DNA from: Pyrinomonadales bacterium
GTDB lineage: Bacteria; Acidobacteriota; Blastocatellia; Pyrinomonadales; Pyrinomonadaceae
NCBI GenBank assembly: GCA_038212935.1
Contig: JBBQTV010000002.1
Location: 21,004-85,003, forward strand
Length of the DNA: 64,000 nt
Reading direction: 5' to 3'
The notes under the pieces are model-generated. The model ran no database searches and had not been told where the DNA came from. It saw nothing but the letters and a program-made list of their open reading frames with translations. Of this stretch, positions 9,501-19,106 are shown piece by piece. A program made the translations under genes and the position numbers. Position 1 is the first letter of the stretch; each line of letters starts with the position of its first letter.

Positions 9501-10733
9501 ATGACGAACGAACAACATGTTCTTGGCGCGGTCTCGACGAATGAGATCACATCGTCGCAGGGCATTTTGCAAAGGCTCTTTGCTCTCTGGTTCGATGCGT
9601 TTGTTTACAACCAGATCTGGGAAGACCCGCGTGTGGATATCGAAGCCCTTGAGATCAATCGTGAATCACGCATCCTTACGATCTCGTCCGGCGGATGCAA
9701 TGCGTTGAATTATCTGGTTCAACAGCCGGCCAGCGTGATGGCGGTCGATCTTAATCGATATCACATCTACTTGCTTCGCCTGAAGATAGCCGCGGCCCGA
9801 TCGCTTCCGCACGAGGCGTTCTTCAATTTCTTTGCCCGCGGAAAGCATGATGCGAATCTGACGAATTACGATCGCCACATCGCCCCGAATCTGGACGGCG
9901 AATCTCGTGCATTTTGGGAGCAAACCGGCGTCGTTGGAATCCTTTCAGGCCGCCGCCGGATCGAGATCTTCAGCCGACGTGGGCTCTACGACAATGCCAG
10001 AAATGGCTATTTTCTGCGATTCTTTCATAAATTTGCCCACATTGTCGGTCTATATCCCGAAGAGTTGCTAACTGCAAACAGCCCCGAGGAACAGGCACGA
10101 CTATTTGACGAGAACATCGCTCCATTTTTTGATTCCAGGTTCATACGGCTCGTCGGTCGCATGCCGATTACGATGTTTGGGCTAGGAATACCGCCGCAGC
10201 AGTTTGACGAATTAAAGCAAGATCTAGCGGGCGGAACTGTGATCGATATTTACCGCTCACGAGCACGGCGCCTTGCCTGTGATTTTCCTATCGACGAGAA
10301 CTACTTCGCCTGGCAGGCTTTTGGACGAAAATACGACACCGAGAAGAACCTGGCGTTGCCGGATTACCTAAAACCCGAGAACTATGACGCCCTGAGAGAC
10401 AACATTCACCGCGTCAATGCCACCGTGGGGTCTGTCAGTTCCGAGATAATGGGCCGCCGGCAAGGCACTTACAACCGCTTCGTGTTTCTGGATGCACAAG
10501 ACTGGATGAATGCCGATCTGATGACCGAATTGTGGTCCGCGATCGCCGAGCGAGGCGAACCGGGATCGCGAATCATATTCCGCACCGCCGCCGCTGCCTC
10601 GCCTTTGCCTAAGAATCTGCCGGCGGATCTGCTGTCGCGGTTTGAATACGATGCGGAGTCGTCGGCCGATCTTTTCAGACGCGACCGTGCGTCGATCTAC
10701 GGCGGGTTTCATCTGTACGTTCTAAAAAAATGA
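9501..10733 (+). CDS. btaA: DUF3419 / BtaA-like S-adenosylmethionine:diacylglycerol 3-amino-3-carboxypropyl transferase
   Basis: Signature YNQIWEDPRVDIEALEI...RILTISSGGCNALNYL. About 410 aa. ATGA overlap with the downstream methyltransferase. Confidence 0.75.
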   Translation: MTNEQHVLGAVSTNEITSSQGILQRLFALWFDAFVYNQIWEDPRVDIEALEINRESRILTISSGGCNALNYLVQQPASVMAVDLNRYHIYLLRLKIAAARSLPHEAFFNFFARGKHDANLTNYDRHIAPNLDGESRAFWEQTGVVGILSGRRRIEIFSRRGLYDNARNGYFLRFFHKFAHIVGLYPEELLTANSPEEQARLFDENIAPFFDSRFIRLVGRMPITMFGLGIPPQQFDELKQDLAGGTVIDIYRSRARRLACDFPIDENYFAWQAFGRKYDTEKNLALPDYLKPENYDALRDNIHRVNATVGSVSSEIMGRRQGTYNRFVFLDAQDWMNADLMTELWSAIAERGEPGSRIIFRTAAAASPLPKNLPADLLSRFEYDAESSADLFRRDRASIYGGFHLYVLKK

Positions 10734-11398
10734 TCGACCAGACCGCATCCACAGCCTTTACGCGAATGGACGCGATGTATCGCTATCAGCGATATTTTTA
10801 CGATGCCTCGCGTAAATATTACCTTCTCGGCCGAGACCGCCTGATCGATGAAATGCCTGTCAAAAAGGGAGATACGATCGTCGAGATCGGTTGCGGGACC
10901 GGCCGCAATCTGAATATGCTCGCCGCTCGTCATTCGTCAGCTCGCTTTTTTGGTTTGGACGCATCGGCCGTGATGCTCGAAAATGCGAAGTTGAATGCAG
11001 GTCGTTTTGAGCTCGGCAATATCGAATACCAAAAGGGCCTCGCAGGCGATTTTGATTTTCAGACAACGTTTGGCCTCCACCAAAAATTTGACGCGGCCTT
11101 CTTTAGCTATTCGATATCTATGATCCCGGATTGGAAACAGGCGATCGAGAATGCCATATCAAACGTCAAGCCTGGCGGCACGGTCTATATCGTCGATTTT
11201 TACGATCAACGTGAACTGCCGGCGTGGTTTCGAGTATTGCTGAAGGCGTGGCTCAGAAGGTTTCATGTTCAGTTTTGGGAGCAGCTAATACCGCACCTCA
11301 ACTCTCTGAAATACTCGGGCCGCGGGAACGTGGATATCACGTCGGTCGCTCGGCGATATGCATTTATCGCAAAATTATCACTGGCCCACAATTCTTAA
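10730..11398 (+). CDS. btaB: class I SAM-dependent methyltransferase, BtaB-like
   Basis: Motif I VEIGCGTGRNL. 222 aa. Translationally coupled (ATGA) to the btaA-like gene, as in known btaAB operons. Confidence 0.65.
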   Translation: MIDQTASTAFTRMDAMYRYQRYFYDASRKYYLLGRDRLIDEMPVKKGDTIVEIGCGTGRNLNMLAARHSSARFFGLDASAVMLENAKLNAGRFELGNIEYQKGLAGDFDFQTTFGLHQKFDAAFFSYSISMIPDWKQAIENAISNVKPGGTVYIVDFYDQRELPAWFRVLLKAWLRRFHVQFWEQLIPHLNSLKYSGRGNVDITSVARRYAFIAKLSLAHNS

Positions 11399-11598
11399 CG
11401 CATTCTTAAACCTCGCGTAACTCCGGCTTCACAGTAGCAAGATAGCATCATCCTTACCGCTTAGATTTTTGTCCTGATCGATGCTCAAAAAAACGAAATC
11501 GTCAACGCTATACGAATGCCGATGCTTGGTATTCCAGGACAAGATGCTGACCATGTGTCGTGCAGATGTCGCGACAGCAAAATCCTCGACCTTCGACG

Positions 11599-11623
11599 CC
11601 CGGCTCTGCCGGGTTTTCTTTTT
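11599..11623 (+). terminator. intrinsic terminator downstream of btaB-like gene
   Basis: CCCGGC-tct-GCCGGG stem-loop followed by TTTTCTTTTT. Confidence 0.6.
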
Positions 11624-11643
11624 GTAACTCAAGGTTTGATCTT

Positions 11644-12873
11644 ATGACTGATCGTTCAAAAAACATTCGATTTCTAAATAGCGGCGAGGCGTTGGGAAGC
11701 GATGCCCGAAACGGCGTTTCATTGCATTGCCACACTCTTCATTCAAAAGAGATCCTTGATTTCGTGCCCTATTATGCTGAGCGCATACCCGTTGTTTCCA
11801 GTATTTGGCGGCGGGTAATGGCAAGGCACGAACGCCTCTATGGCCAGGTACCGGATTTCACAAAAGGATATTGGGAGCCGCCGCTGGAAAGCTCGGACGT
11901 GTTCGCCTCGGAAAGCGCTAGCCTGACGCGGTTGGGTCTAGGCTCGATGGTGTCGATCACTGATCACGACAGCGTCGCTGCGGGTGTCGAACTGGCATCG
12001 ACAGTTGGAAGCGCTGCGGCTCCAATCTCGATGGAATGGACCGTCCCCTTCCGCAACGCTTTCTTTCATATCGGCGTTCACAATTTACCAAGCGGGGACG
12101 CGGTCTGGCTCGCCAACGAGCTACTTGACTACACAAACTCACCAGACGTCCCCGACGACCGCTGGCTCGGCAGTCTGCTTGCGATGCTCAATGGAATCGA
12201 TGATGTCCTAATCGTATTCAACCATCCGCTATGGGATATCGAGATGATCGGCCAGGAAGCACACGAAGCCGCTCTGGGTGATTTTCTGCGTACGCACGGT
12301 CGCTGGATACACGCGATCGAGGTCAACGGGTTTCGCAGCTGGAGCGAGAATACGGAGGCGATCGACCTCGCAGAAACGCTCGGCCTGCCGATAGTCTCGG
12401 GCGGTGACCGCCATTGCTGCCAGCCAAATGCGATGATCAACCTCTCAGACGCCGCTTCGTTCTCCGAATTTGTCGATGAGATCCGCCGCGACAAGTATTC
12501 CCGGATCGCCGTTTTGCCTGAGTATTCCGCTCCGCTCCCGTCGCGTCAGCTTGCATCGATGGCACAGATACTGGGCGAATATCGTCACTTTGCTGCGGGG
12601 AGGCAGCAATGGACCGATCGCGTTTTTCTGGACACTCATGACGGCTCAGGTCTGACATCTCTAACTGAACTTTGGAAAGGCCGTCCGCCTCGATGGACCA
12701 ATGTCGCACTTTCGGTCCTAAAGGTTATGGGTCATCCTGCGATGCGGCCCATTATCGGAACTCTCGTCGGCGATACAGACATCGGTCGAAACCAAAAAGA
12801 GGCCACCCTCGGGCTCTCCATCCGCGACAATCTCATCTACCCAACGGAACGCTTGAAGCCAAAATCAATATGA
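11644..12873 (+). CDS. PHP-domain metal-dependent phosphoesterase
   Basis: PHP-type ligand blocks LHCHTLHS, ITDHDS, FHIGVHN, VFNHP, AIEVNG and GGDRH. The start is moved to ATG 11644 because the terminator at 11599..11623 lies inside the longer ORF-track model (11560). Confidence 0.6.
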   Translation: MTDRSKNIRFLNSGEALGSDARNGVSLHCHTLHSKEILDFVPYYAERIPVVSSIWRRVMARHERLYGQVPDFTKGYWEPPLESSDVFASESASLTRLGLGSMVSITDHDSVAAGVELASTVGSAAAPISMEWTVPFRNAFFHIGVHNLPSGDAVWLANELLDYTNSPDVPDDRWLGSLLAMLNGIDDVLIVFNHPLWDIEMIGQEAHEAALGDFLRTHGRWIHAIEVNGFRSWSENTEAIDLAETLGLPIVSGGDRHCCQPNAMINLSDAASFSEFVDEIRRDKYSRIAVLPEYSAPLPSRQLASMAQILGEYRHFAAGRQQWTDRVFLDTHDGSGLTSLTELWKGRPPRWTNVALSVLKVMGHPAMRPIIGTLVGDTDIGRNQKEATLGLSIRDNLIYPTERLKPKSI

Positions 12874-13115
12874 GACCATCTATTGCACGGAAAATTATCC
12901 GCCTTCGATCACGACAACGCCGACATGCCGGACGATGGAATTACGGCTAATTTGATTTCAACGTCGGCGGTCGTGATCGGACTTCTTAGATATACTCCGA
13001 AACGCGGAAAAGAGCACGAAACTTGTGGCAAAGGTATCGCTGATTCATGGCAATGAACGCAGTGTAGAAGTCAGAGGGTAAAGTGGCCTTCGCTGATCTA
13101 TGGAATCACGATCGA

Positions 13116-13370
13116 TTAGTCTAGTTTCGCTATCCGGTCCAAAGGTCTAAGCTTGTCACCGGGACCGTCCGGCGCATCTGAATCACATTCAATCGTGCGT
13201 TCTGGCACCGAGACCCAGGGATCGACGCATTCAATTTCCCCTTCTACAACGATCGCGTAATTCAGGGTTCCGCTTTCGCCGCTAAGCTTCGGTCCCTTCC
13301 TTTCAGCGGAAGTGATCAGGCCAGCCGAGAGTACTGATCCGAGAAACAACCCTGTTATAAAATTTCGCAT
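13116..13370 (-). CDS. small secreted protein, unknown function
   Basis: 84 aa with signal-peptide-like N-terminus MRNFITGLFLGSVLSAGLITSA; no family recognised. Confidence 0.35.
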   Translation of the reverse strand: MRNFITGLFLGSVLSAGLITSAERKGPKLSGESGTLNYAIVVEGEIECVDPWVSVPERTIECDSDAPDGPGDKLRPLDRIAKLD

Positions 13371-13595
13371 TGTGATAAGTGATCAGGCGATTTTGTGTCT
13401 TGGTCTGATGCAGCAGTGGTATGCCTAGTATCAGACGAGCCCTATGTTGTAACTTTGACTTTATATCTCCGCAAACATATCACGAGTCGGGTTTGTGCCG
13501 AAATTCACGTTAAACAATTGCACAACATCGCGGGATCATCAGAGTTTGGGCTTTGCGATCGATTTCCGGTCTGATAATTTATTTTTACTACTATC

Positions 13596-13830
13596 ATGTT
13601 CGATTCCCACGAAATCGATCGGCTCTACAGCGTCGAGAAATGGCGGGTTGTGAAGATAGCGGATGATCTCAGCGTGTCGAGAGTGACGATTATACACGGC
13701 CTAAGGATCTCGGTTATGAATTCACGCCTGGCAATAAAGTGCGTCATTCTTGAATACGAACTGACGAGGTTATCGAGATTTACATAGCCGATTGTTGGTT
13801 CCGTAAATCACTCGATTCCAGTTCTTCCAG
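13596..13830 (+). pseudogene. decayed copy of the multi-HTH regulator found at 18323..18934
   Basis: MFDSHEIDRLYSVEKWRVVKIADDLSVSRVTIIHGL aligns with MIDSKEIERLYFVGKWPATKIAKHFGVSKVTVYNRL. DNA similarity continues (ggttatgaattcacgcctggc vs ggatacaagttcacgcccggc) but out of frame, and the copy is then truncated. Confidence 0.5.
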
Positions 13831-14086
13831 ATAACCGCAAACAACCGCTTGGTATTAACCTGATCTCGAGCGTCTTTGCCTAGTAATCCAATCTGCATGG
13901 ACGACACGGACGACTCGCAAAGGGCGGTAAAAATTGTTTTGGAAGATCGCCTTTACTGCGGTACTATTAACCGTTCAACGCAAGTTCTTGCTTCTCCGAA
14001 CCCTGACGCCTCGCCCCAAATTCATTTCATCTGAAGAAATGACGTCTCCGGTTCCGAGCCATACAAGGTTAGTAAACGTTTACCCT

Positions 14087-17000
14087 ATGACTTCGACGAA
14101 ATACCATGCTAACGTCGCCGCGCCCAGGGCAGTACGCATTCTAGGACTTTTTTTTCTTCTCCTCGTCGTGAGTGAGGCGTATTCAAGCGCATCCACTCTC
14201 GAATTCCAGCGGATCGCTGCCCCTGCCGGCCAATTTCAGGGAGGTTTTGGAAGCGGCTTAGCGATCAGCGGAAACACAGCAGCTATCGGAAATCCCGGTG
14301 GCAGTTCGGGAGGCGGGTCGGATTTGGGCTCGGTGTTTGTCTATATAAAGTCGCCTGATGGATGGGTATTGCAGGATCGTGTGTTCGCGTCGGATGGTAT
14401 CGTAGGTGCGAACTTTGGGAGTTCAATAGCTCTAGAAGGCGATACTCTAGTCGTCGGGGCTGTTGGTATGCCCGGCCCCTTCCATCCGCGGCAGGGGGCT
14501 GCGTACGTTTTCACTCGAACGAACGGGGTCTGGACTCAACAAGCTAAGCTGTCGGCGGATTCTTGCGCTGGGTCATTCCTCGGATGCAATTATGGAGTAG
14601 CGGTGACTCTAAGGGACGGAGTTATTGCTGTTGGTGCTCCTAACCAGAGTGAGGGCTCAATGTGGAATCGTGGCGCAGTGTTCCTCTATACCCTAAATGA
14701 CGGGCAATGGAGTTTTGAACAACGGCTTGGAGCCTTCGATAGCGCCAGCAACAAAAACTTCGGATTTAGTGTGGCAATCAATCGGTCTGACGACACCTTG
14801 GTCGTGGGGGCTACTGGCGACGCCGTAAATGGAAATCATCAACAAGGTTCCGCCTACGTATATGTTCGGGAAAATGCGACCTGGAGTTTTTCTTCAAAGC
14901 TCGTTGCCCCGGACGGCAGCGCATCCGACCAGCTGGGCAACAGTGTAGCAATTTACGGTAACACGGTTGCGATCGGGGCTCGCTACGATGATGTAGGAAA
15001 CATTCTGAACCAGGGATCGGTTCATATTTTTGAAAGAGAAATTAATAAATGGGTTCACCAGACAATGTTGACCGACCCAGATAAAACCATAGGTGGACAG
15101 TTTGGTTTAAGTCTTGCGCTTGACGAAGATAAACTTGTTATAAGCCAGGTCGGGTTCAGTGTTGATAAGGGACGAGCATTTCTTTTTAAAAGGGCTGATT
15201 CGACTTGGACGATCCTCACTCAGCTTGGTGCGTCTGACGGTGCCTCGAACGATCAATTTGGAAGAAGTGTCGCGATCGAAGATAGAGTGGTGTTGGTGTC
15301 AGCACCTGAAAAGTTCGTTGGAAACAATGAGGCTCAAGGCGTGGCATATATATTTCACACTCAGATGACGCCGGTCGATCTTTGGAGTGAAGATGACACT
15401 GGCTTGAGTGATTCAGATGATATTACAAACAAGCGTACCCTCCGATTCACTATAAGAGACATTCTTCCTGGGGCGCAGGTCGAGGTCCGCCGCAATGGAA
15501 TTCAACTACTATCCGTTGTTGCAGACGATAGCGTACTAAATTTTACTGACCCCAGCGTGCCTGCGAACAAGACCACAACCTACTCTGCGTCTCACACTTA
15601 CCAAGGTCAAGCTTCTTCCCCGACCGAGACACTTGTTACGGTTGATACGATCGCTCCGGCTTCGTGGGTTTTTCAGGCTCCCGGACAGCCGGATCCAACA
15701 CGCCACCAACCTATCGCGTTTAGCTGTTCCTTTAATGAACCTGTATATGGTGAGTTGGCTCCAATTGACATTTCATTGGCCGGCTCAAGCGCTAATGTGT
15801 CGGCCGCCAACATCAAAATTGAAACAACGAATGGAATCTCCATCGCTACAGTTGACAACATTCTGTCAGATGGATTGGTAAGGCTGTCGGTTAAGCCAAA
15901 TGTGGTCCAAGATATTGCCGGTAACTTTAACTTGACCTCAATTCCAACAGACAACTCGGTCACGCTGGATACAATTGGCCCGAATGTGACCATTGATCGA
16001 GCCGCCAGCCAGTCTTCGCCTACGGGAACTTTCCCAGTACAATTCACTGCCGTTTTTAGTGAGCCGGTCTCACAGTTCAATTCCGTTTCATTCGTCGGAT
16101 CCACCGCTAATGTCTCTAGTGCGTCCGTTACTATCACGGGCAATTCGCCGACGGCAACGGTCTTCACGGTTAATGTGCGTAATGTAGCTTCCGACGGTGG
16201 GCAACTTGTTGTATCTATTCCTCCCGGATCGGCACTAGACCTAGCGGGTAATCCCAGCTTTGCATCTACGAGTACGGATAATTCGGTGACCATCGATACC
16301 GTGAGACCGACGGTCGTCATCAATCAAGCAGCGGGGCAGCCGGATCCAGCAACTTCTTTACCCATTAACTTTACCGTTCAGTTCAGTGAATTCGTAACGA
16401 ACTTTGATATGTCCGCTATTCGTTATGGAGGTTCATCAGTTGACACGTCTAACGCAACCGCCGTGATTACAGGTTCTGGTTCTACTTATAATCTTGCAAT
16501 TGGCAATATTGTTCCCAACGGTGGGATTCTGCGCGTTTCGCTTGGCGAGGGAGCAGCACGAGATGTTTCTGGCAATTTGAGCTCGAATTCAACTAGCACT
16601 GATAATACAGTTACAGTGTCAAATCGGATCCTTGACGGTGGATTCGAAGCTACGGATTCTACCGGTCAGAACGTTCACTGGACTTCGACATCGACTAGAT
16701 TCGGAACTTCTCTATGTAGATCCACGCTGTGTGGTACCGGCGGGGGTACTGCTGGTCCGCGAAATGGAAATGGTTGGGTGTGGTTCGATGGTTCGGACAA
16801 TACAAATGCCGAACTCGCAACGGTTTCCCAGCAAGTTCAGTTTCCGCCGAGTGGCTCGGCGATCCTAAGCTATCACCTGAGAATCGGATCAGTTAGGGCT
16901 CCGGTCTCGTCGGTATTTCGGGTCAAGATAAACGGCTCTACCGTACAAACGATTAATGAACCATCAGAATCGGAGCCAGCTTACACTGAACGCCTTGTCG

Positions 17001-17992
17001 ACCTAACGGCCTACGCAAACGGGCAACTTCATACTCTTACGTTTGAATACTTCCGTCCCGCAAGCGCACCAAGTGATAACTTTACGATCGACGATGTTTC
17101 ATTGATCGTAGAAAAAGTGGTCGTCCCGAAAACCGATGCGGCGTTTGATTTTGACGGCGACGGGAAGACGGATGTTTCTGTCTATCGGGCAAACGGTGGC
17201 TCCGGTGGTGCTGAATGGTGGTATCTGCGGTCGTCAGACGGTTCAAATGGGGCGTTTGCTTTTGGGGCGAACACGGATACTCCGGTTCCAGCGGATTTTA
17301 CGGGTGATGGGAAGACGGATGTGGCGTTTTGGCGGCCTTCGACGGGCGAGTGGTACGTGATCAGGAGTGAGGATTCGACCTTCTTTGCGTTTCCGTTCGG
17401 GTCGGCCGGCGACGTGCCGATGCCGGGCGATTTTGACGGCGATGGCGAAGCTGATGCGACGGTTTTCCGGCCTTCGGCAAACATCTGGTTCACGCGGCGT
17501 TCGTCTGATGGCCAAGTGACGACGACCCCGTTTGGTGCGGCGGGCGACAAGCCGGTCGCGGCGGATTTTGACGGCGACGGCAAAGCCGACATCGCGATCT
17601 ATCGTCCGAATGGCAGTTCGGGTAGCGGCGAGTGGTGGTATCAGCGAAGCTCAGACGGCGGCAATCGAGCGTTCGCGTTCGGTTCAGCTACGGATAAAGC
17701 TGTCCCGGCGGACTTCACCGGCGATGGCAAAGCTGACCTGGCATTCTGGCGGCCTTCGACGGGCGAATGGTACGTCGTCCGAAGCGAAGACGACACGTTC
17801 TTCGCATTCCCGTTCGGCGTCGCAACTGACATTCCTGTCCCCGGCGATTACGACGGCGACGGCAAAGCGGACGCCGCCATCTTCCGACCATCAGAGAACA
17901 TCTGGTACCTTCTCCGCTCAACCGCAGGCTTCCAAGCAGTAGCCTTCGGCGCAACTGGTGACAGACCGTTGCCGAACTCGTATGTGCGATAA
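14087..17992 (+). CDS. giant secreted FG-GAP/beta-propeller protein with three Ig-like domains and C-terminal FG-GAP/VCBS-type repeats
   Basis: ATG at 14087 precedes a signal-like segment (AVRILGLFFLLLVVSEAYS). Repeated FGxSxAxxGxTxVVGA units. Three DTI(A/G/R)P...F(S/T)xxFSEPV Ig-like modules. Eight DFDGDGK(T/A)D..(Y/W/F)R units. Confidence 0.8.
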   Translation: MTSTKYHANVAAPRAVRILGLFFLLLVVSEAYSSASTLEFQRIAAPAGQFQGGFGSGLAISGNTAAIGNPGGSSGGGSDLGSVFVYIKSPDGWVLQDRVFASDGIVGANFGSSIALEGDTLVVGAVGMPGPFHPRQGAAYVFTRTNGVWTQQAKLSADSCAGSFLGCNYGVAVTLRDGVIAVGAPNQSEGSMWNRGAVFLYTLNDGQWSFEQRLGAFDSASNKNFGFSVAINRSDDTLVVGATGDAVNGNHQQGSAYVYVRENATWSFSSKLVAPDGSASDQLGNSVAIYGNTVAIGARYDDVGNILNQGSVHIFEREINKWVHQTMLTDPDKTIGGQFGLSLALDEDKLVISQVGFSVDKGRAFLFKRADSTWTILTQLGASDGASNDQFGRSVAIEDRVVLVSAPEKFVGNNEAQGVAYIFHTQMTPVDLWSEDDTGLSDSDDITNKRTLRFTIRDILPGAQVEVRRNGIQLLSVVADDSVLNFTDPSVPANKTTTYSASHTYQGQASSPTETLVTVDTIAPASWVFQAPGQPDPTRHQPIAFSCSFNEPVYGELAPIDISLAGSSANVSAANIKIETTNGISIATVDNILSDGLVRLSVKPNVVQDIAGNFNLTSIPTDNSVTLDTIGPNVTIDRAASQSSPTGTFPVQFTAVFSEPVSQFNSVSFVGSTANVSSASVTITGNSPTATVFTVNVRNVASDGGQLVVSIPPGSALDLAGNPSFASTSTDNSVTIDTVRPTVVINQAAGQPDPATSLPINFTVQFSEFVTNFDMSAIRYGGSSVDTSNATAVITGSGSTYNLAIGNIVPNGGILRVSLGEGAARDVSGNLSSNSTSTDNTVTVSNRILDGGFEATDSTGQNVHWTSTSTRFGTSLCRSTLCGTGGGTAGPRNGNGWVWFDGSDNTNAELATVSQQVQFPPSGSAILSYHLRIGSVRAPVSSVFRVKINGSTVQTINEPSESEPAYTERLVDLTAYANGQLHTLTFEYFRPASAPSDNFTIDDVSLIVEKVVVPKTDAAFDFDGDGKTDVSVYRANGGSGGAEWWYLRSSDGSNGAFAFGANTDTPVPADFTGDGKTDVAFWRPSTGEWYVIRSEDSTFFAFPFGSAGDVPMPGDFDGDGEADATVFRPSANIWFTRRSSDGQVTTTPFGAAGDKPVAADFDGDGKADIAIYRPNGSSGSGEWWYQRSSDGGNRAFAFGSATDKAVPADFTGDGKADLAFWRPSTGEWYVVRSEDDTFFAFPFGVATDIPVPGDYDGDGKADAAIFRPSENIWYLLRSTAGFQAVAFGATGDRPLPNSYVR
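17147..17989 (+). repeat. in-gene tandem duplication (about 139 + 142 codons)
   Basis: 17147..17563 and 17564..17989 encode near-parallel peptides (DFDGDGKTDVSVYRANGGSGGAEWWYLRSSDG... vs DFDGDGKADIAIYRPNGSSGSGEWWYQRSSDG...). Confidence 0.8.
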
Positions 17993-18066
17993 ATCTTAGC
18001 CGAGCTACACGAAGGGGCTCAATTTCCTCCCCCAAACCTTCGCTAAAGGAAGCCCTCCTTAGCCTC

Positions 18067-18098
18067 GGAGCGTGCACGTCACGCTCCGTTTGTTTTTT
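18067..18098 (+). terminator. intrinsic terminator after FG-GAP gene
   Basis: GGAGCGTG-cacgt-CACGCTCC followed by gTTTGTTTTTT. Confidence 0.65.
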
Positions 18099-18322
18099 GC
18101 AAGGACGCTGAGAACGCGATCAACTCTCAGCAGTTTGCTCCCGAAGGTCAAAAAAAGATTGACCTCATTCCGAAATAAATCAACTGGCAAAAAGCGAAAA
18201 CCATCCTTCAGACGCGTTCATGAAGAACAGACGCTCACTGATGAGGAAAACGCTATGATTCTTATCAATCACATTTCATCTAGAAACTTGGTTTGATATT
18301 CTGTTGGCCAAAAATAAACTGA

Positions 18323-18934
18323 ATGATCGATTCAAAGGAAATTGAAAGGCTCTACTTCGTCGGGAAATGGCCGGCTACTAAGATCGCTAAGCATTTCGGC
18401 GTCTCGAAGGTGACGGTCTATAATCGGCTCAAGGAGCTAGGATACAAGTTCACGCCCGGCAGAAAACGGGAGTCGTATGAATCCGACTTTCCTAGAGAGA
18501 AAATAGTTGAGATCTTCACTTCCGAAAAAGGGTCGGTTGCTGGTGCAGCCAAAAGGTTGGGGATCTCGGATAAGAAACTACTTCGGGAAATGGAGTTTCA
18601 TCAGATTCCTAAAGCCGACATTCATCCTCGAACGATCAGAATCCCGCATTTAGAGAACCTCAAGATCGGGGAGTCGGTCGAGTTTAGCGACGACAGCCCG
18701 GAGTGGGTTTCGGACGATCGTATCTACAAGTATCAAAAAAGGGTCGGAGTACGCTTGGTCATCCGACACCACGGCAGCATGACCCGCGTCACGCGAACTC
18801 CGTTGTTTTCGAGTGACATAATCGTGAAAATGTATAAGTCAGGTGCAAGTATTGAAGAAATTGCCGGTACGTTTCTAGTTGATCGCAAGAGAGTCCGAAG
18901 AGTCCTCGAAAAAGCTGAAGTGACGAAAATGTAA
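18323..18934 (+). CDS. DNA-binding protein with three HTH-like units
   Basis: Three HTH-like segments: WPATKIAKHFGVSKVTVYNRLKELG, GSVAGAAKRLGISDKKLLREM and GASIEEIAGTFLVDRKRVRRVLEKA. Lies immediately upstream of the nuclease gene. Confidence 0.6.
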   Translation: MIDSKEIERLYFVGKWPATKIAKHFGVSKVTVYNRLKELGYKFTPGRKRESYESDFPREKIVEIFTSEKGSVAGAAKRLGISDKKLLREMEFHQIPKADIHPRTIRIPHLENLKIGESVEFSDDSPEWVSDDRIYKYQKRVGVRLVIRHHGSMTRVTRTPLFSSDIIVKMYKSGASIEEIAGTFLVDRKRVRRVLEKAEVTKM

Positions 18935-19106
18935 ACAGGCACTTTATAAAATTGCCGTCTCGGTTTCCTTCCTGTAAGATTCCTTCATATTTCAAACAAT
19001 TTTTCGACGTTCCAGTGCCCACCACCTGACGTCGAATAGAATTTCCACCCGATCGGTACTTCTAAGCAGTATCTCCGGGAATTACATATTAAGGAGTATC
19101 TAAACA

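Noticed and set aside
11560-11643. Longer N-terminal extension of the PHP-domain ORF given by the ORF track.
   Set aside because: The extension contains a strong stem-loop plus T-run (11599..11623). An ATG at 11644 gives a protein that still includes the first PHP His motif.
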